From Cellvibrionales bacterium (GTDB lineage: Bacteria > Pseudomonadota > Gammaproteobacteria > Pseudomonadales > JAHEIH01): a stretch of 64,000 nt of DNA. This document shows positions 37,052-46,969 of this stretch, piece by piece. The translations under genes and the position numbers were made by a program. Location: positions 172,411-236,410 of the forward strand of contig JAHEIH010000006.1 of NCBI GenBank assembly GCA_024639455.1, in the 5' to 3' direction. The number at the start of each line of letters is the position of its first letter. Position 1 is the stretch's first letter. The notes below the pieces were generated by a model, which was not told the DNA's origin, did no database searches, and was given only the letters and a program-made list of their open reading frames with translations.

Positions 37052-37594
37052 ATGAGCTTGCAAGATATAGAACAACAATTGACCGCGATTTCTCAGCAAT
37101 ACAAGGATTACCCTCCTGTCATGGATTGGCAACCCAGCCACCAAGGTAGTATTGATATTCGCATTGATCGTGAAGGTCACTGGTATCACGAGGGCATTAA
37201 GTTTGAGCGGGACGCGCTGGTACAATTGTTTGCTAAATTGCTGCGTAAAGAGGGCGACAGCCACTATATCGTCACGCCAGCTGAAAAGTTGGCTATCACG
37301 GTAGAATGTGCGCCCATTGTGATTTTAAGCGTCGTAAAAGTCGGCGAGGGAGAGCAAAGCGAATTGTTCTTTACCACCAATACCAACGAACGCATCCATC
37401 TAGCTAAACCACTAGCGTTTGAAACCATCCCTTACCATGGTCAGCAGTTGCCTTGTCTACCTATTCGCAATGGGATGCAGGCTTTGCTGCATCGCAATGT
37501 GTTCTACCAATTGGCGGCCTTGGCTGAGCTGGATGAGGACGAAAACGCCTACATCATGAGTCACGGCGAAACATTTTATTTACCCAGCCCCTAG
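37052..37594 (+). CDS. DUF1285 domain-containing protein
   Basis: 180 aa from ATG 37052 with an AAGGA Shine-Dalgarno. The pattern IRIDREGHWYHEGIKFERDALVQLFAKLL...YIVTPAEKLAITVE matches my memory of DUF1285. Confidence 0.6.
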   Translation: MSLQDIEQQLTAISQQYKDYPPVMDWQPSHQGSIDIRIDREGHWYHEGIKFERDALVQLFAKLLRKEGDSHYIVTPAEKLAITVECAPIVILSVVKVGEGEQSELFFTTNTNERIHLAKPLAFETIPYHGQQLPCLPIRNGMQALLHRNVFYQLAALAELDEDENAYIMSHGETFYLPSP

Positions 37595-37602
37595 GAAAAC
37601 CT

Positions 37603-38376
37603 ATGCGTCTCATTTTTACCTTAATCACTATGAGTCTTTTGGGTTGTGCCTCACCTTCACCGGCGCCTCAGCTGGCTGCTATACCCCCGAAGGGGTTTAA
37701 TCAAATCATTGATGTTGATGCTCGCCGCAATGGTTTCGGCAACCCAATACGGGTATGGCTTGAACCTGGCATTTATCAGGTTGACCCGATGACACCCGAC
37801 CTAGGGGGTAGGTATACGGCACGCCATGCATGGGCAGGTGAAAATGAGGGCTGTGATCGCTTTGGGATTGATTGTTTACAAGGGTGGCAATGGACCACTA
37901 TTGTGTACGCGACTGACGTCGTACTAAGCCCGCTCAATCGACGTTTTCACAACGGTAAGCCCATTGTCTGGATACCCGGCGATGCTATTGTGAATATGCC
38001 AGCCCCCACCATATTTGCTCCGCGTGCTACCCCAGAATTAGCCTTTGCCTTTGCTCCCAAAGGTGAGCGATTCGAGGTTATGAACGCTGGCTTTGTTTTA
38101 TTTTTTGATGTCGATCGCCAGACCTACGATAACTTGGGTGGTGTTTCATTTTTGTTGAGCAAAGTGACACTTGACGGTCCAGATAGCGATGGCGACATGT
38201 ACGCCGATAGTGAGGATGCTTTTCCAGCCGACGCGACTGCACGACTGGATAGTGATGGCGATGGTTATCCCGACCGGTGGACACTAGGTAACGAAAACAT
38301 GCCACACACATTGACCATTGATGGTTTTCCCTATGATGCTTCTCGTCACCACAACCAAATACCGACCATCGATTAG
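37603..38376 (+). CDS. lipoprotein with C-terminal thrombospondin type-3-like Ca-binding repeats
   Basis: 257 aa with the lipobox LLGC at residues 13-16 and C-terminal DSDGDMYADSEDAFPAD and DSDGDGYPDRW repeats. Confidence 0.55.
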   Translation: MRLIFTLITMSLLGCASPSPAPQLAAIPPKGFNQIIDVDARRNGFGNPIRVWLEPGIYQVDPMTPDLGGRYTARHAWAGENEGCDRFGIDCLQGWQWTTIVYATDVVLSPLNRRFHNGKPIVWIPGDAIVNMPAPTIFAPRATPELAFAFAPKGERFEVMNAGFVLFFDVDRQTYDNLGGVSFLLSKVTLDGPDSDGDMYADSEDAFPADATARLDSDGDGYPDRWTLGNENMPHTLTIDGFPYDASRHHNQIPTID

Positions 38377-38377
38377 T

Positions 38378-39544
38378 TTAGTCGCGGCGTAGCCTGTCGT
38401 TAACAGCGATGGGGTTGGGGTAGTTGAATACCACGATATAAGACGACACTAAGAAGCTAATGATCGCCGTTGCCTGGATTAAGTGCGAGGCCTCTTTGCC
38501 GATCAGGGCATTGGCAAAGGCAACGTAGGCAATCAGCAGAGAGAACTCGCTTATTTGCCCCAAACGGAAGCCAACATCCCAGGCAAGACGGTTATTTTCA
38601 CTGAGTTTACGCAGTAAAAATCGAAAAATGACAGGTTTGGCACCAAGAATCACTGCAGAAAGTACGATAGCAGGGATGATAATACTGCCGAGCACCGTCA
38701 AATCGAAACGCGCGCCCAGCGAGAAGAAAAACAAGATTAAGAAGAAGTCACGCAATGGTTTCAAGCTAATCGCGATGTACTGTGAAATAGGGCTACTCGC
38801 TAGGCTAATACCGGCGATAAAGGCGCCAATTTCGGCCGATAACCCGGCTGCATGGGCCGCTTCGGCAACACCCAAGCACCAGCCGATAGCAATTAAAAAA
38901 ATGTACTCGTGAAAGCGGTCAAAACGCTGTAACAGCTCCAAAAGCACATAACGAACAAAGCCAAACGCCAACGCAATTATTACCGGCAGGGCTAGCAAGG
39001 TAAGCCCCAACCCAGGCAAATCGAACTCCCCAGAACTGCCACTGAATAAAAACAACAGCACGAAAATCGCGATCACATCCTGTAAGAGCAGCAGACCAAT
39101 CATCAATTCACCCGTGTGCTTGTGGTGCAACACGGTGGTCGGCAGTAGTTTAATACCGATAATGGTGGAGCTGAACATCATGGCCAACCCAACGATCCAA
39201 GATTCTGTATTGGGAAACCCAAAGGCGCGGCTGATGGCGTAGCCTATTAGAGCAAATGACAGCGAGCTAAACAGCGCGACCGTGGTCGCCTTACGCAGCA
39301 TGGTCACTAACGCCTGAGGCTGCATGTCCAGTCCCAATAGAAACAGCAGAAAGATAATGCCGATATGGGAAATATCAGACAGCAAGCTTAGGTCATTGAT
39401 ATAGGCAAGACCGTACGGGCCGACCAATGCGCCCAAGACAATATAGGCGATCAACAGCGGTTGACGGGTATAGAGGGCAAATGTTGCAAGAACTGCTGCA
39501 CCACTAAAGATTAGAAAAAATGAGGTAGTTAGACTAGCATCCAT
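38378..39544 (-). CDS. cation:proton antiporter (CPA2/Kef-like membrane domain only)
   Basis: 388 aa with about 11-12 helices and a Na+/H+ exchanger family pattern (GALVGPYGL, SEFSLL). There is no C-terminal RCK/TrkA domain. Confidence 0.8.
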   Translation of the reverse strand: MDASLTTSFFLIFSGAAVLATFALYTRQPLLIAYIVLGALVGPYGLAYINDLSLLSDISHIGIIFLLFLLGLDMQPQALVTMLRKATTVALFSSLSFALIGYAISRAFGFPNTESWIVGLAMMFSSTIIGIKLLPTTVLHHKHTGELMIGLLLLQDVIAIFVLLFLFSGSSGEFDLPGLGLTLLALPVIIALAFGFVRYVLLELLQRFDRFHEYIFLIAIGWCLGVAEAAHAAGLSAEIGAFIAGISLASSPISQYIAISLKPLRDFFLILFFFSLGARFDLTVLGSIIIPAIVLSAVILGAKPVIFRFLLRKLSENNRLAWDVGFRLGQISEFSLLIAYVAFANALIGKEASHLIQATAIISFLVSSYIVVFNYPNPIAVNDRLRRD

Positions 39545-39592
39545 GCGTTTATTTATAGCAGAGATACCCGCCTAACGATAGGCAAATACGAC

Positions 39593-40096
39593 TTATCTGT
39601 GCCACAGTGGGCGAGGATCGTCTACTGCGCCTTGATAGGGGAAGGTAAAGGTCGACAAATAGCTATTGGCGCTTTCTATGTCTTCATCTTTGCGCAGTAC
39701 AAAAGAATCAAAGCCACAGCGGCGCATGGCGTATAACTGGTCGATCAATACATCACCAACGGCGCGGATTTCACCCTCGAACTTAAGCTGTTCACGCAAC
39801 TCGCGGGCATAGCTGTAACCACGGCCATCGGTGAATACTGGGAAATTAATGGCCACTACCGAGACTTGTGGTAACTCTCCTGCCACTAGCCGAGGTGATT
39901 GATCTGACTGCAGTATCAAGCCCAGCTTTTCAGTACCCCGTGCCAACAGTGTCGCATGGTGATTACGCCAGTGGTTTAACGACACAATAACTTTACCCGC
40001 GGGTATATCGCTTGCTTTATCTAGCTCAACAGTGTCGTCGAGGATTTGCCAGTTGTCGTAGACAACTGCGCCATTGCTAAGCAGCTTTTTTGCCAT
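39593..40096 (-). CDS. DUF934 domain-containing protein (sulfite-reductase-associated)
   Basis: 167 aa from ATG 40094-40096 behind an AAGGAGAAGG Shine-Dalgarno. The FTDGRGYSYARELR motif is typical of DUF934. It overlaps the 3' end of cysI by 20 nt. The longer ORF-track call (to 40360) is an in-frame extension inside cysI. Confidence 0.7.
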   Translation of the reverse strand: MAKKLLSNGAVVYDNWQILDDTVELDKASDIPAGKVIVSLNHWRNHHATLLARGTEKLGLILQSDQSPRLVAGELPQVSVVAINFPVFTDGRGYSYARELREQLKFEGEIRAVGDVLIDQLYAMRRCGFDSFVLRKDEDIESANSYLSTFTFPYQGAVDDPRPLWHR

Positions 40097-41744
40097 ATAC
40101 CTTCTCCTTAAAGGGCTCAATACCGACACGTTTAACCGTGTCGATAAACAATTCATCGTCGTAACGCAGACCGACATAGCACTCCAACAACTGATCAATG
40201 ACCGCAGGGATTTCTTCTGCCTTGAATGAAGGACCAAGAATTTTGGCGATTCGGCCATCGCTACCTGAGTCACCGCCAAGGCAAACTTGGAAAAACTCTT
40301 CGCCTTTCTTATCAACACCCAAGATACCAATGTGGCCGATGTGGTGGTGGCCACAGGCATTCATACAGCCGGAAATATTGAGGTCGATGGTGCCCAAGTC
40401 ATACAAGTAATCAAGGTCGTCGAAACGCTGCTGAATTGCCTCGGCTACCGGAATTGATTTGGCGTTGGCCAGTGAGCAGTAATCGCCACCAGGGCAGCAG
40501 ATCATGTCGGTCAAATAGCCAATATTTGGTGTTGCCAGGCCTCTGGCTTTGAGCTCGCCCCACAGTTCGAATAAATCGCTGCGATGCACATCTGCCAATA
40601 CCATGTTTTGCTGGTGAGTGGTGCGGATTTCACCAAAGCTGTAGCGATCTGCCATATCGGCAATCGCTTCCATCTGATTGGCGGTGACATCACCAGGTGC
40701 CACGCCGGCGGGTTTTAGTGAGAGGTTTACCACCGCGTAATTTGGCTGTTTGTGTTGCTGCACATTGCGCTCCATCCAGCGATCAAACGCCAAATGCTGA
40801 TCACGTTGATCAGCAAGTGTTTGCGCCAACTCGGCGACAGGCGCCGTTTGGTAGACGGGCTCGGTAAAGAACGAGCTTGCCCAAGCGATATCTTTGTCGG
40901 TCAGGGTAGAGGGCCCATCTTTCAAGAAATGAAGCCATTCATGCTCAACTTGGGCGCGGAAAGCTTCAATGCCCATAGCCTTAACCAAAATCTTTATACG
41001 CGCCTTGTACTTGTTGTCGCGGCGACCGTGTTGGTTATAAACACGCAGAATCGCTTCTAAGTAAGTAAGTAGATGTTTTGGTGGCAACGCTTCGTGTATC
41101 ACTTCGCCCACCATAGGGGTGCGTCCTAAGCCGCCCCCTACAAAAATACGACAGGCCAGTGCATCATCGACCTCAATTAATTCAATGCCGATATCGTGAA
41201 ACTGCACCGCCGCACGGTCTGCATGCGAACCGTTCACAGCGATTTTGAATTTGCGAGGCAAGAATGCGAACTCCGGGTGGAAGGTCGACCACTGACGTAT
41301 CAATTCACAGAGGGGGCGGGGATCAGCCACTTCATCCTGAGCAACGCCGGCGAACTGATCTGAGGTAATGTTGCGAATACAGCTGCCACTGGATTGAATC
41401 GCGTGCATATCCACCTCAGCTAACTCCGCCAATATGTCGGGCACACTTTCCAAGGTGGGCCAGTTCAACTGAATATTTTGCCGCGTTGAAATATGACCGT
41501 AGCCTTTATCATAACGACGACTGATAGCAGCCAATCTACGCAACTGGGTACTATTTAGCATGCCGTAGGGGATGTTAATACGCAGCATGGGAGCCTGCCG
41601 CTGAATATAGAGACCATTTTGCAGGCGCAAAGGTAAGAACTCATTATCCGCAAGCTTTCCATCCAGATAGCGCTGAGTCTGGTCGCGGAACTGGGCAACA
41701 CGTTCGATCAATGTTTGTTGATCATGCTCGTTATAGCGATACAT
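40077..41744 (-). CDS. cysI: assimilatory sulfite reductase hemoprotein (nitrite/sulfite reductase family, Pseudomonas CysI type)
   Basis: 555 aa with two nitrite/sulfite reductase ferredoxin-like half domains and the siroheme-[4Fe-4S] cysteine cluster (CPGGDYC ... SGCMNACGHHH). Confidence 0.88.
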   Translation of the reverse strand: MYRYNEHDQQTLIERVAQFRDQTQRYLDGKLADNEFLPLRLQNGLYIQRQAPMLRINIPYGMLNSTQLRRLAAISRRYDKGYGHISTRQNIQLNWPTLESVPDILAELAEVDMHAIQSSGSCIRNITSDQFAGVAQDEVADPRPLCELIRQWSTFHPEFAFLPRKFKIAVNGSHADRAAVQFHDIGIELIEVDDALACRIFVGGGLGRTPMVGEVIHEALPPKHLLTYLEAILRVYNQHGRRDNKYKARIKILVKAMGIEAFRAQVEHEWLHFLKDGPSTLTDKDIAWASSFFTEPVYQTAPVAELAQTLADQRDQHLAFDRWMERNVQQHKQPNYAVVNLSLKPAGVAPGDVTANQMEAIADMADRYSFGEIRTTHQQNMVLADVHRSDLFELWGELKARGLATPNIGYLTDMICCPGGDYCSLANAKSIPVAEAIQQRFDDLDYLYDLGTIDLNISGCMNACGHHHIGHIGILGVDKKGEEFFQVCLGGDSGSDGRIAKILGPSFKAEEIPAVIDQLLECYVGLRYDDELFIDTVKRVGIEPFKEKVYGKKAA

Positions 41745-41802
41745 GCAAAAAATCCTAGCAGGTTAGATGGTCGCTATAATAACCAACCTTTTTAATATCA
41801 TC

Positions 41803-41841
41803 GAAGAATATAAAGCAATATTCTTATTTCATTTAAGAATA
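41803..41841. promoter_or_regulatory. triple AAGAATAT motif in the cysI upstream region; candidate operator
   Basis: AAGAATAT at 41803-41810, its reverse complement ATATTCTT at 41817-41824 (6-nt spacer), and a third direct copy at 41834-41841. A GTGCGT-CATAA-ACGCAC hairpin follows at 41844-41860. Confidence 0.3.
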
Positions 41842-41946
41842 TAAGTGCGTCATAAACGCACTTCATCTTTAAGGTGAAAACTGTATAATCACGACCTGAA
41901 TTAGGCCCGCATGGCGGAAATATCATCAGTTTGAATGGGAGTTACC

Positions 41947-42060
41947 ATGTCTGACAACAACAACTACAACGACGGCGCTGCCGACGCTATCGCTGCTACT
42001 GCAATTATTGCTCTGGTAGTTGGCACAGTTGTGTTTTGGTTGAGCGGAATGCCTACCTAA
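41947..42060 (+). CDS. putative 37-aa single-helix membrane peptide (below the ORF-track cutoff)
   Basis: My translation is MSDNNNYNDGAADAIAATAIIALVVGTVVFWLSGMPT. A GGGAG Shine-Dalgarno lies 5 nt upstream, a perfect TATAAT sits at 41883-41888, and a strong terminator begins 12 nt after the stop. Confidence 0.4.
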   Translation: MSDNNNYNDGAADAIAATAIIALVVGTVVFWLSGMPT

Positions 42061-42071
42061 CAAATCCATAT

Positions 42072-42102
42072 AAAAAAACGGGCCGCGGCCCGTTTTTTTT
42101 TT
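42072..42102. terminator. bidirectional rho-independent terminator
   Basis: AAAAAAA-CGGGCC-GC-GGCCCG-TTTTTTTTTT. It serves the small + strand ORF and the convergent metH-DUF2970 unit. Confidence 0.8.
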
Positions 42103-42121
42103 CGCCCGGAGTAAGGCTTAA

Positions 42122-42340
42122 CTACTCGGGTAAAACCAATTGCACAACACCGTAGACGCTCAACATAAAGACAATCGTGAAAATTATGCCGGCAACGATA
42201 AAGGGAGTCGCTGATTTAGCGTTGAAGTCTTTTTCGCGGTTTTTCGAGCTGTTAACCCCAAAAGCGCTAGCCAATACAGCAAACACTACCGTACCTAAAC
42301 TGGGAGATTGTTTAGATTGCTTTTCTTGTTGCTCGCTCAT
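42122..42340 (-). CDS. DUF2970 domain-containing small membrane protein
   Basis: 72 aa. The VLASAFGVNSSKNREKDF motif followed by a hydrophobic helix matches my memory of DUF2970. It lies 29 nt downstream of metH on the same strand. Confidence 0.6.
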   Translation of the reverse strand: MSEQQEKQSKQSPSLGTVVFAVLASAFGVNSSKNREKDFNAKSATPFIVAGIIFTIVFMLSVYGVVQLVLPE

Positions 42341-42369
42341 GGCATTATCCTTCGTTTTGATACCAGTTT

Positions 42370-45300
42370 TCAGGCACTAGCTTTCAAAGGGTCGTAGTTT
42401 AACACGGGACTCAGCCAACGTTCCATCTCGGCGAGTGATAGCCCCTTTCTTGCGGCCAAACTTTCAACTTGATCTCGGCCGATCTTACCGGTAGCGAAAT
42501 AACGCGCTTCGGGATGAGAAAAATACCATCCGCTCACACTCGATGCTGGGTTCATTGCATAGGCGCTTGTCAACGAAACATCGGTATTTGCTTCAGCCTC
42601 TAACAACGAGATGAGCGTCGCCTTTTCCGTGTGATCTGGGCAAGCAGGGTAACCGGGTGCGGGTCGAATACCTCGGTAACGCTCACGAATCAAGTCTTCA
42701 TTGCTCAGATTCTCGTCGCTGCCATAACCCCATAGTTCCTTGCGAACCCGCCAATGCATGTGCTCAGCGAAGGCTTCGGCAAGCCGATCGGCGAGGGCTT
42801 TTAGCATGATACTACTGTAGTCATCGTGTGCCTCTTCAAAGGCTTTGGCTCGTGCTTCGACGCCATGGCCAGCAGTGACCACAAAACCACCCACGTAATC
42901 ATTTAATCCACTGCCCACGGGTGCCACATAATCTGCCAATGATTGATTGGGCTTATTGTCCTGACGCTGCATTTGCTGGCGAATGTGGTGCAGGGTGGCC
43001 ATTTCCTCCTGTCGCGCCTCATCGCTGTACAAAATGATATCGTCATCACGGCTGTTCGCCGGCCAGAAACCGACCGCGGCTCGGGCGGTGATCCATTTTT
43101 CGTCGACGATTTTACGCAGCATGGCCTGGGCATCGTGGAATAAATTGGTCGCTGCCTCGCCTACGACGTCATCTGTTAGGACATTGGGATACTTGCCAGC
43201 CAGATCCCATGAGATGAAAAATGGTGTCCAGTCGATGGACTCTATTAGACTCTGAATGTCATAGTCATCGAACACTTTTACGCCGGTAAAGGAGGGTACT
43301 TGCGGTTGATAGGAGGACCAGTCGGGAGCGAATTTATTGGCTAGCGCCGCGGGGTAGCTCAGCGCCTCGCTCTTGGCACGACGCCCAGCATTGCGCTCGC
43401 GAACCACTTCGTAGTCACTGCGCACACCCTCAATAAAGGCGGACTTGGCATTCCCGCCGAGTAAGTTTTGTGCCACGGTAACCGAACGAGACGCATCCGC
43501 CACATAGACTGCGATTTCGTTATGATATTGGGGTTCGATTTTAACCGCAGTGTGGGCTTTAGACGTTGTTGCACCACCAATCATCAGCGGGATCTGAAAG
43601 TTGAGGCGTTGCATCTCGCGTGCAACATGCACCATTTCATCAAGCGAAGGGGTAATCAGGCCGCTCAATCCAATCAAGTCGACGTTCTCTTCACGTGCTT
43701 TTTTAAGAATGTCCTCGCAAGGCACCATCACGCCCATGTCGATCACTTCAAAGTTGTTACACTGCAGCACCACGCCGACAATGTTTTTACCAATGTCGTG
43801 CACGTCGCCCTTAACCGTGGCCATCAAAATTTTGCCATTGCTCTGCCGTACGCCGCCTTCCGACTCCGCTTCAATATAAGGCAGTAGGTAGGCCACAGCT
43901 TGTTTCATCACACGGGCTGATTTCACCACTTGCGGCAGGAACATTTTGCCCTCGCCGAACAGGTCGCCAACCACGTTCATGCCGTCCATTAACGGCCCTT
44001 CGATTACCTCAATAGGGCGCGCTGCGGCCGCGCGCGCCTCTTCAACGTCGTTGTCGATATAGGCGTTAATCCCTTTCACCAAGGCGTACTCAAGTCGCTT
44101 ATTCACAGGCAGTTCGCGCCAGCTAAGGTCTTCTTCACGCACCTTGGCGCTGTCGCCACTGTATTTCTGCGCCATGTCGAGCATGCGCTCGGTGGCATCT
44201 TCGCGACGGTTCAGCACGATATCCTCAACCGCTTCGCGCAGTTCCTTAGGGATATCCTCGTAAATCGCTAATTGCCCCGCATTAACGATGGCCATGGTCA
44301 GCCCAGCGCGAATAGCGTGGTATAGGAACACCGCGTGAATCGCTTCGCGCACAATATTATTGCCGCGGAATGAAAACGACACGTTGCTCACGCCACCCGA
44401 CACCATGGCGTGCGGGAGGTTTTGCGTAATCCAACGCGTGGCTTCAATGAAATCCACCGCGTAGTTGTTGTGTTCTTCTATACCGGTGGCAATGGCAAAA
44501 ATGTTGGGGTCAAAAATAATGTCCTGTGGCTGAAAGCCAACCTTGTCTACGAGTACTCGGTAAGAACGCTCACAGATGTCTTTCTTTTTCGCTAACGTAT
44601 CTGCCTGTCCGCTTTCGTCGAACGCCATAACGACTACCGCCGCCCCATAGCGTTTGCAAAGTGTGGCCTTTTCAATAAATTCCGCTTCGCCTTCCTTAAG
44701 GCTGATCGAATTCACAATGGCCTTGCCTTGAATGCATTTTAGACCGGCTTCAATAATGTCCCATTTTGACGAGTCAACCATGATAGGCACTCGGCAAATG
44801 TCCGGTTCAGCGGCAATCAAAAGTAAAAAGCGCACCATTGCCGCCTTCGAATCCAACATACCCTCGTCCATGTTGATATCGATGATCTGCGCGCCGTTCT
44901 CTACTTGCTCGCGAGCAATATCCAGCGCGGTATCGTAATCTTCTTCACGAATAAGGCGGGCAAATTTGGCTGATCCAGTAATATTTGTGCGTTCACCTAC
45001 GTTAACAAACAGGCTATCGGCACTGATCACAAACGGCTCCAGACCGCTTAATTCACATTGCACTGGACGTTCTGGGATTTGCCGTGGGGGCAGGGGAGCC
45101 ACAGCCTCTGCGATTTGACGAATAAACGCCGGTGTCGTACCACAGCAACCGCCAACAATGTTGATAAAGCTACTTTCGGCGAAATCGCGGATAATGCTGG
45201 CCATCTCCTCAGGGCTTTGATCGTACTCGCCAAACTCATTGGGAAGCCCGGCGTTGGGGTGTGCGCTAACGCTGGTATTGGCAATTTTACTTAATACTTC

Positions 45301-46074
45301 AACATAAGGGCGAAGCTCTTCCGCCCCAAGTGCACAGTTCAGTCCAATGCTAATGGGCTTAGCGTGCGCCAGTGAGTACCAAAAAGCTTCGGCCGTTTGG
45401 CCAGACAGGGTGCGACCCGAGGCGTCGGTAATTGTGCCAGAAATCATGATCGGCAGTTCTACCCTGTGATCATCGAAGTACTTCTGTACCGCAAATACCG
45501 CGGCTTTAGCATTGAGCGTATCGAAAATGGTTTCAAGCAGCAGAATATCCACACCGCCCTGTACCAGACCGTCGATGGATACCAGATAATCGGCGACTAA
45601 TGCATCAAACGTGATGTTTCGAAAGCCGGGGTCGTTCACGTCGGGCGAAATGGTCGCGGTGCGCGAGGTGGGCCCAAGCACGCCGGCAACAAAACGAGGT
45701 TTTTCAGGGGTCGACATGTCATCGGCAGCTTCGCGAGCGATACGCGCCGCTTTAACATTTAATTCGTGTGATAAATCCTGTAGCTGATAATCCGCCTGGG
45801 ATACCTGGGTGGAATTAAACGTATTGGTCTCGATGATATCTGCGCCCGCCTCTAGATAAGCGAGATGGATGTCCCTAATAATCTGCGGCTGGGTAAGACT
45901 TAGCAAATCATTATTGCCTTTTACATCGATAGCGTAGTCGGCAAAACGCTGTCCACGATAGTCGGCCTCTTCAAGGTTATACTCCTGAATCATCGTTCCC
46001 ATGGCACCGTCTAAAATGAGGATACGCTGTTTTAGAGCGTCTTGAAGGCATTGATTTTGCATGATTTTGTCCAT
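42370..46074 (-). CDS. metH: cobalamin-dependent methionine synthase
   Basis: About 1234 aa with all four modules: Hcy-binding ([13 protein letters not shown]), pterin-binding, the B12 cap and binding motif [11 protein letters not shown], and the AdoMet reactivation domain. The start is ambiguous among TTG 46089, ATG 46074 and ATG 46062. Confidence 0.95.
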   Translation of the reverse strand: MDKIMQNQCLQDALKQRILILDGAMGTMIQEYNLEEADYRGQRFADYAIDVKGNNDLLSLTQPQIIRDIHLAYLEAGADIIETNTFNSTQVSQADYQLQDLSHELNVKAARIAREAADDMSTPEKPRFVAGVLGPTSRTATISPDVNDPGFRNITFDALVADYLVSIDGLVQGGVDILLLETIFDTLNAKAAVFAVQKYFDDHRVELPIMISGTITDASGRTLSGQTAEAFWYSLAHAKPISIGLNCALGAEELRPYVEVLSKIANTSVSAHPNAGLPNEFGEYDQSPEEMASIIRDFAESSFINIVGGCCGTTPAFIRQIAEAVAPLPPRQIPERPVQCELSGLEPFVISADSLFVNVGERTNITGSAKFARLIREEDYDTALDIAREQVENGAQIIDINMDEGMLDSKAAMVRFLLLIAAEPDICRVPIMVDSSKWDIIEAGLKCIQGKAIVNSISLKEGEAEFIEKATLCKRYGAAVVVMAFDESGQADTLAKKKDICERSYRVLVDKVGFQPQDIIFDPNIFAIATGIEEHNNYAVDFIEATRWITQNLPHAMVSGGVSNVSFSFRGNNIVREAIHAVFLYHAIRAGLTMAIVNAGQLAIYEDIPKELREAVEDIVLNRREDATERMLDMAQKYSGDSAKVREEDLSWRELPVNKRLEYALVKGINAYIDNDVEEARAAAARPIEVIEGPLMDGMNVVGDLFGEGKMFLPQVVKSARVMKQAVAYLLPYIEAESEGGVRQSNGKILMATVKGDVHDIGKNIVGVVLQCNNFEVIDMGVMVPCEDILKKAREENVDLIGLSGLITPSLDEMVHVAREMQRLNFQIPLMIGGATTSKAHTAVKIEPQYHNEIAVYVADASRSVTVAQNLLGGNAKSAFIEGVRSDYEVVRERNAGRRAKSEALSYPAALANKFAPDWSSYQPQVPSFTGVKVFDDYDIQSLIESIDWTPFFISWDLAGKYPNVLTDDVVGEAATNLFHDAQAMLRKIVDEKWITARAAVGFWPANSRDDDIILYSDEARQEEMATLHHIRQQMQRQDNKPNQSLADYVAPVGSGLNDYVGGFVVTAGHGVEARAKAFEEAHDDYSSIMLKALADRLAEAFAEHMHWRVRKELWGYGSDENLSNEDLIRERYRGIRPAPGYPACPDHTEKATLISLLEAEANTDVSLTSAYAMNPASSVSGWYFSHPEARYFATGKIGRDQVESLAARKGLSLAEMERWLSPVLNYDPLKASA

Positions 46075-46369
46075 ATTTTTGTTTCGCAAAGTATATCAAA
46101 AATATTCGATATATCAATGCTGGCGGGGCTTTCGGGGTTATGTATACAAAGTTGGGTGCCATTTATGTGCTTGATGCAAGTATGCCAAAGTGTAGACCAA
46201 TATCAGCAATACATTGTATCCATTGAACGTATATGCAAGGCCTTTAATGCCCCTTTTTAACGTGGGGATTAGCCATTAAAAAATGAAATTTGCTGTATTT
46301 GTTGTCGTGATTGATAGAGTCCGCACGTAAATAGCTCTACAATAGCGCCATCGAAAGGAGTGAAAGACT

Positions 46370-46948
46370 ATGGTAACAATTACAGAATCAGCGCAAGGTT
46401 ATTTGGCTGAATTGCTGGCAAAGCAGGGCGATGACGTTTTGGGCGTGCGTATGTTTATCACCAACCCAGGTACCTCTCGCGCCGAGACCTGCATTGCATA
46501 CTGTCGCGAAGGCGATATCAATGAAGAAGACGACAGCGTTGAATTTACAGCGTTTAAAGCGTTCTACGAAAAGCGCTCGCTACCATTTCTAAAAGACGCC
46601 ATTGTTGATTACGCCAAAGATCGCATGGGTGGTCAGTTAACCATTAAAGCGCCTAACGCCAAGATGCCCCAGGTGAGTGCCGACAGCCCCTTGGAAGACC
46701 ACATCAACTACATTTTGTACAACGAAGTAAACCCCTCGTTAGCGGCCCACGGCGGCGAGGTAAGCTTGGAGAAGATTACCGATGACAAGGTAGCGATTCT
46801 TAAGTTTGGCGGCGGTTGCCAGGGTTGTAGTATGGTCGACGTCACCCTGAAAGAGGGCGTAGAAAAAACCCTGCTGGAAAAAGTGCATGGTCTTGCGGGT
46901 GTGCGTGATGTTACCGATCACACCGACAAGTCAGATGCTTATATGTAA
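46370..46948 (+). CDS. nfuA: Fe-S cluster biogenesis protein NfuA
   Basis: 192 aa, collinear with E. coli NfuA ([28 protein letters not shown]). Confidence 0.92.
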   Translation: MVTITESAQGYLAELLAKQGDDVLGVRMFITNPGTSRAETCIAYCREGDINEEDDSVEFTAFKAFYEKRSLPFLKDAIVDYAKDRMGGQLTIKAPNAKMPQVSADSPLEDHINYILYNEVNPSLAAHGGEVSLEKITDDKVAILKFGGGCQGCSMVDVTLKEGVEKTLLEKVHGLAGVRDVTDHTDKSDAYM

Positions 46949-46969
46949 TGAGCAATAAAGTTTAATCAT

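Noticed and set aside
40097-40360. The N-terminal extension of the 255-aa ORF at 39593-40360.
   Set aside because: The extension lies inside cysI in another frame. The internal ATG at 40094-40096, with its very strong AAGGAGAAGG Shine-Dalgarno, gives the expected DUF934-sized protein.
46090-46369. A cobalamin or SAM riboswitch in the metH leader.
   Set aside because: I could not find a B12-box-like element or the conserved SAM-I helices by eye. B12 riboswitches are expected on metE or btuB rather than metH. A covariance-model scan would be needed for certainty.
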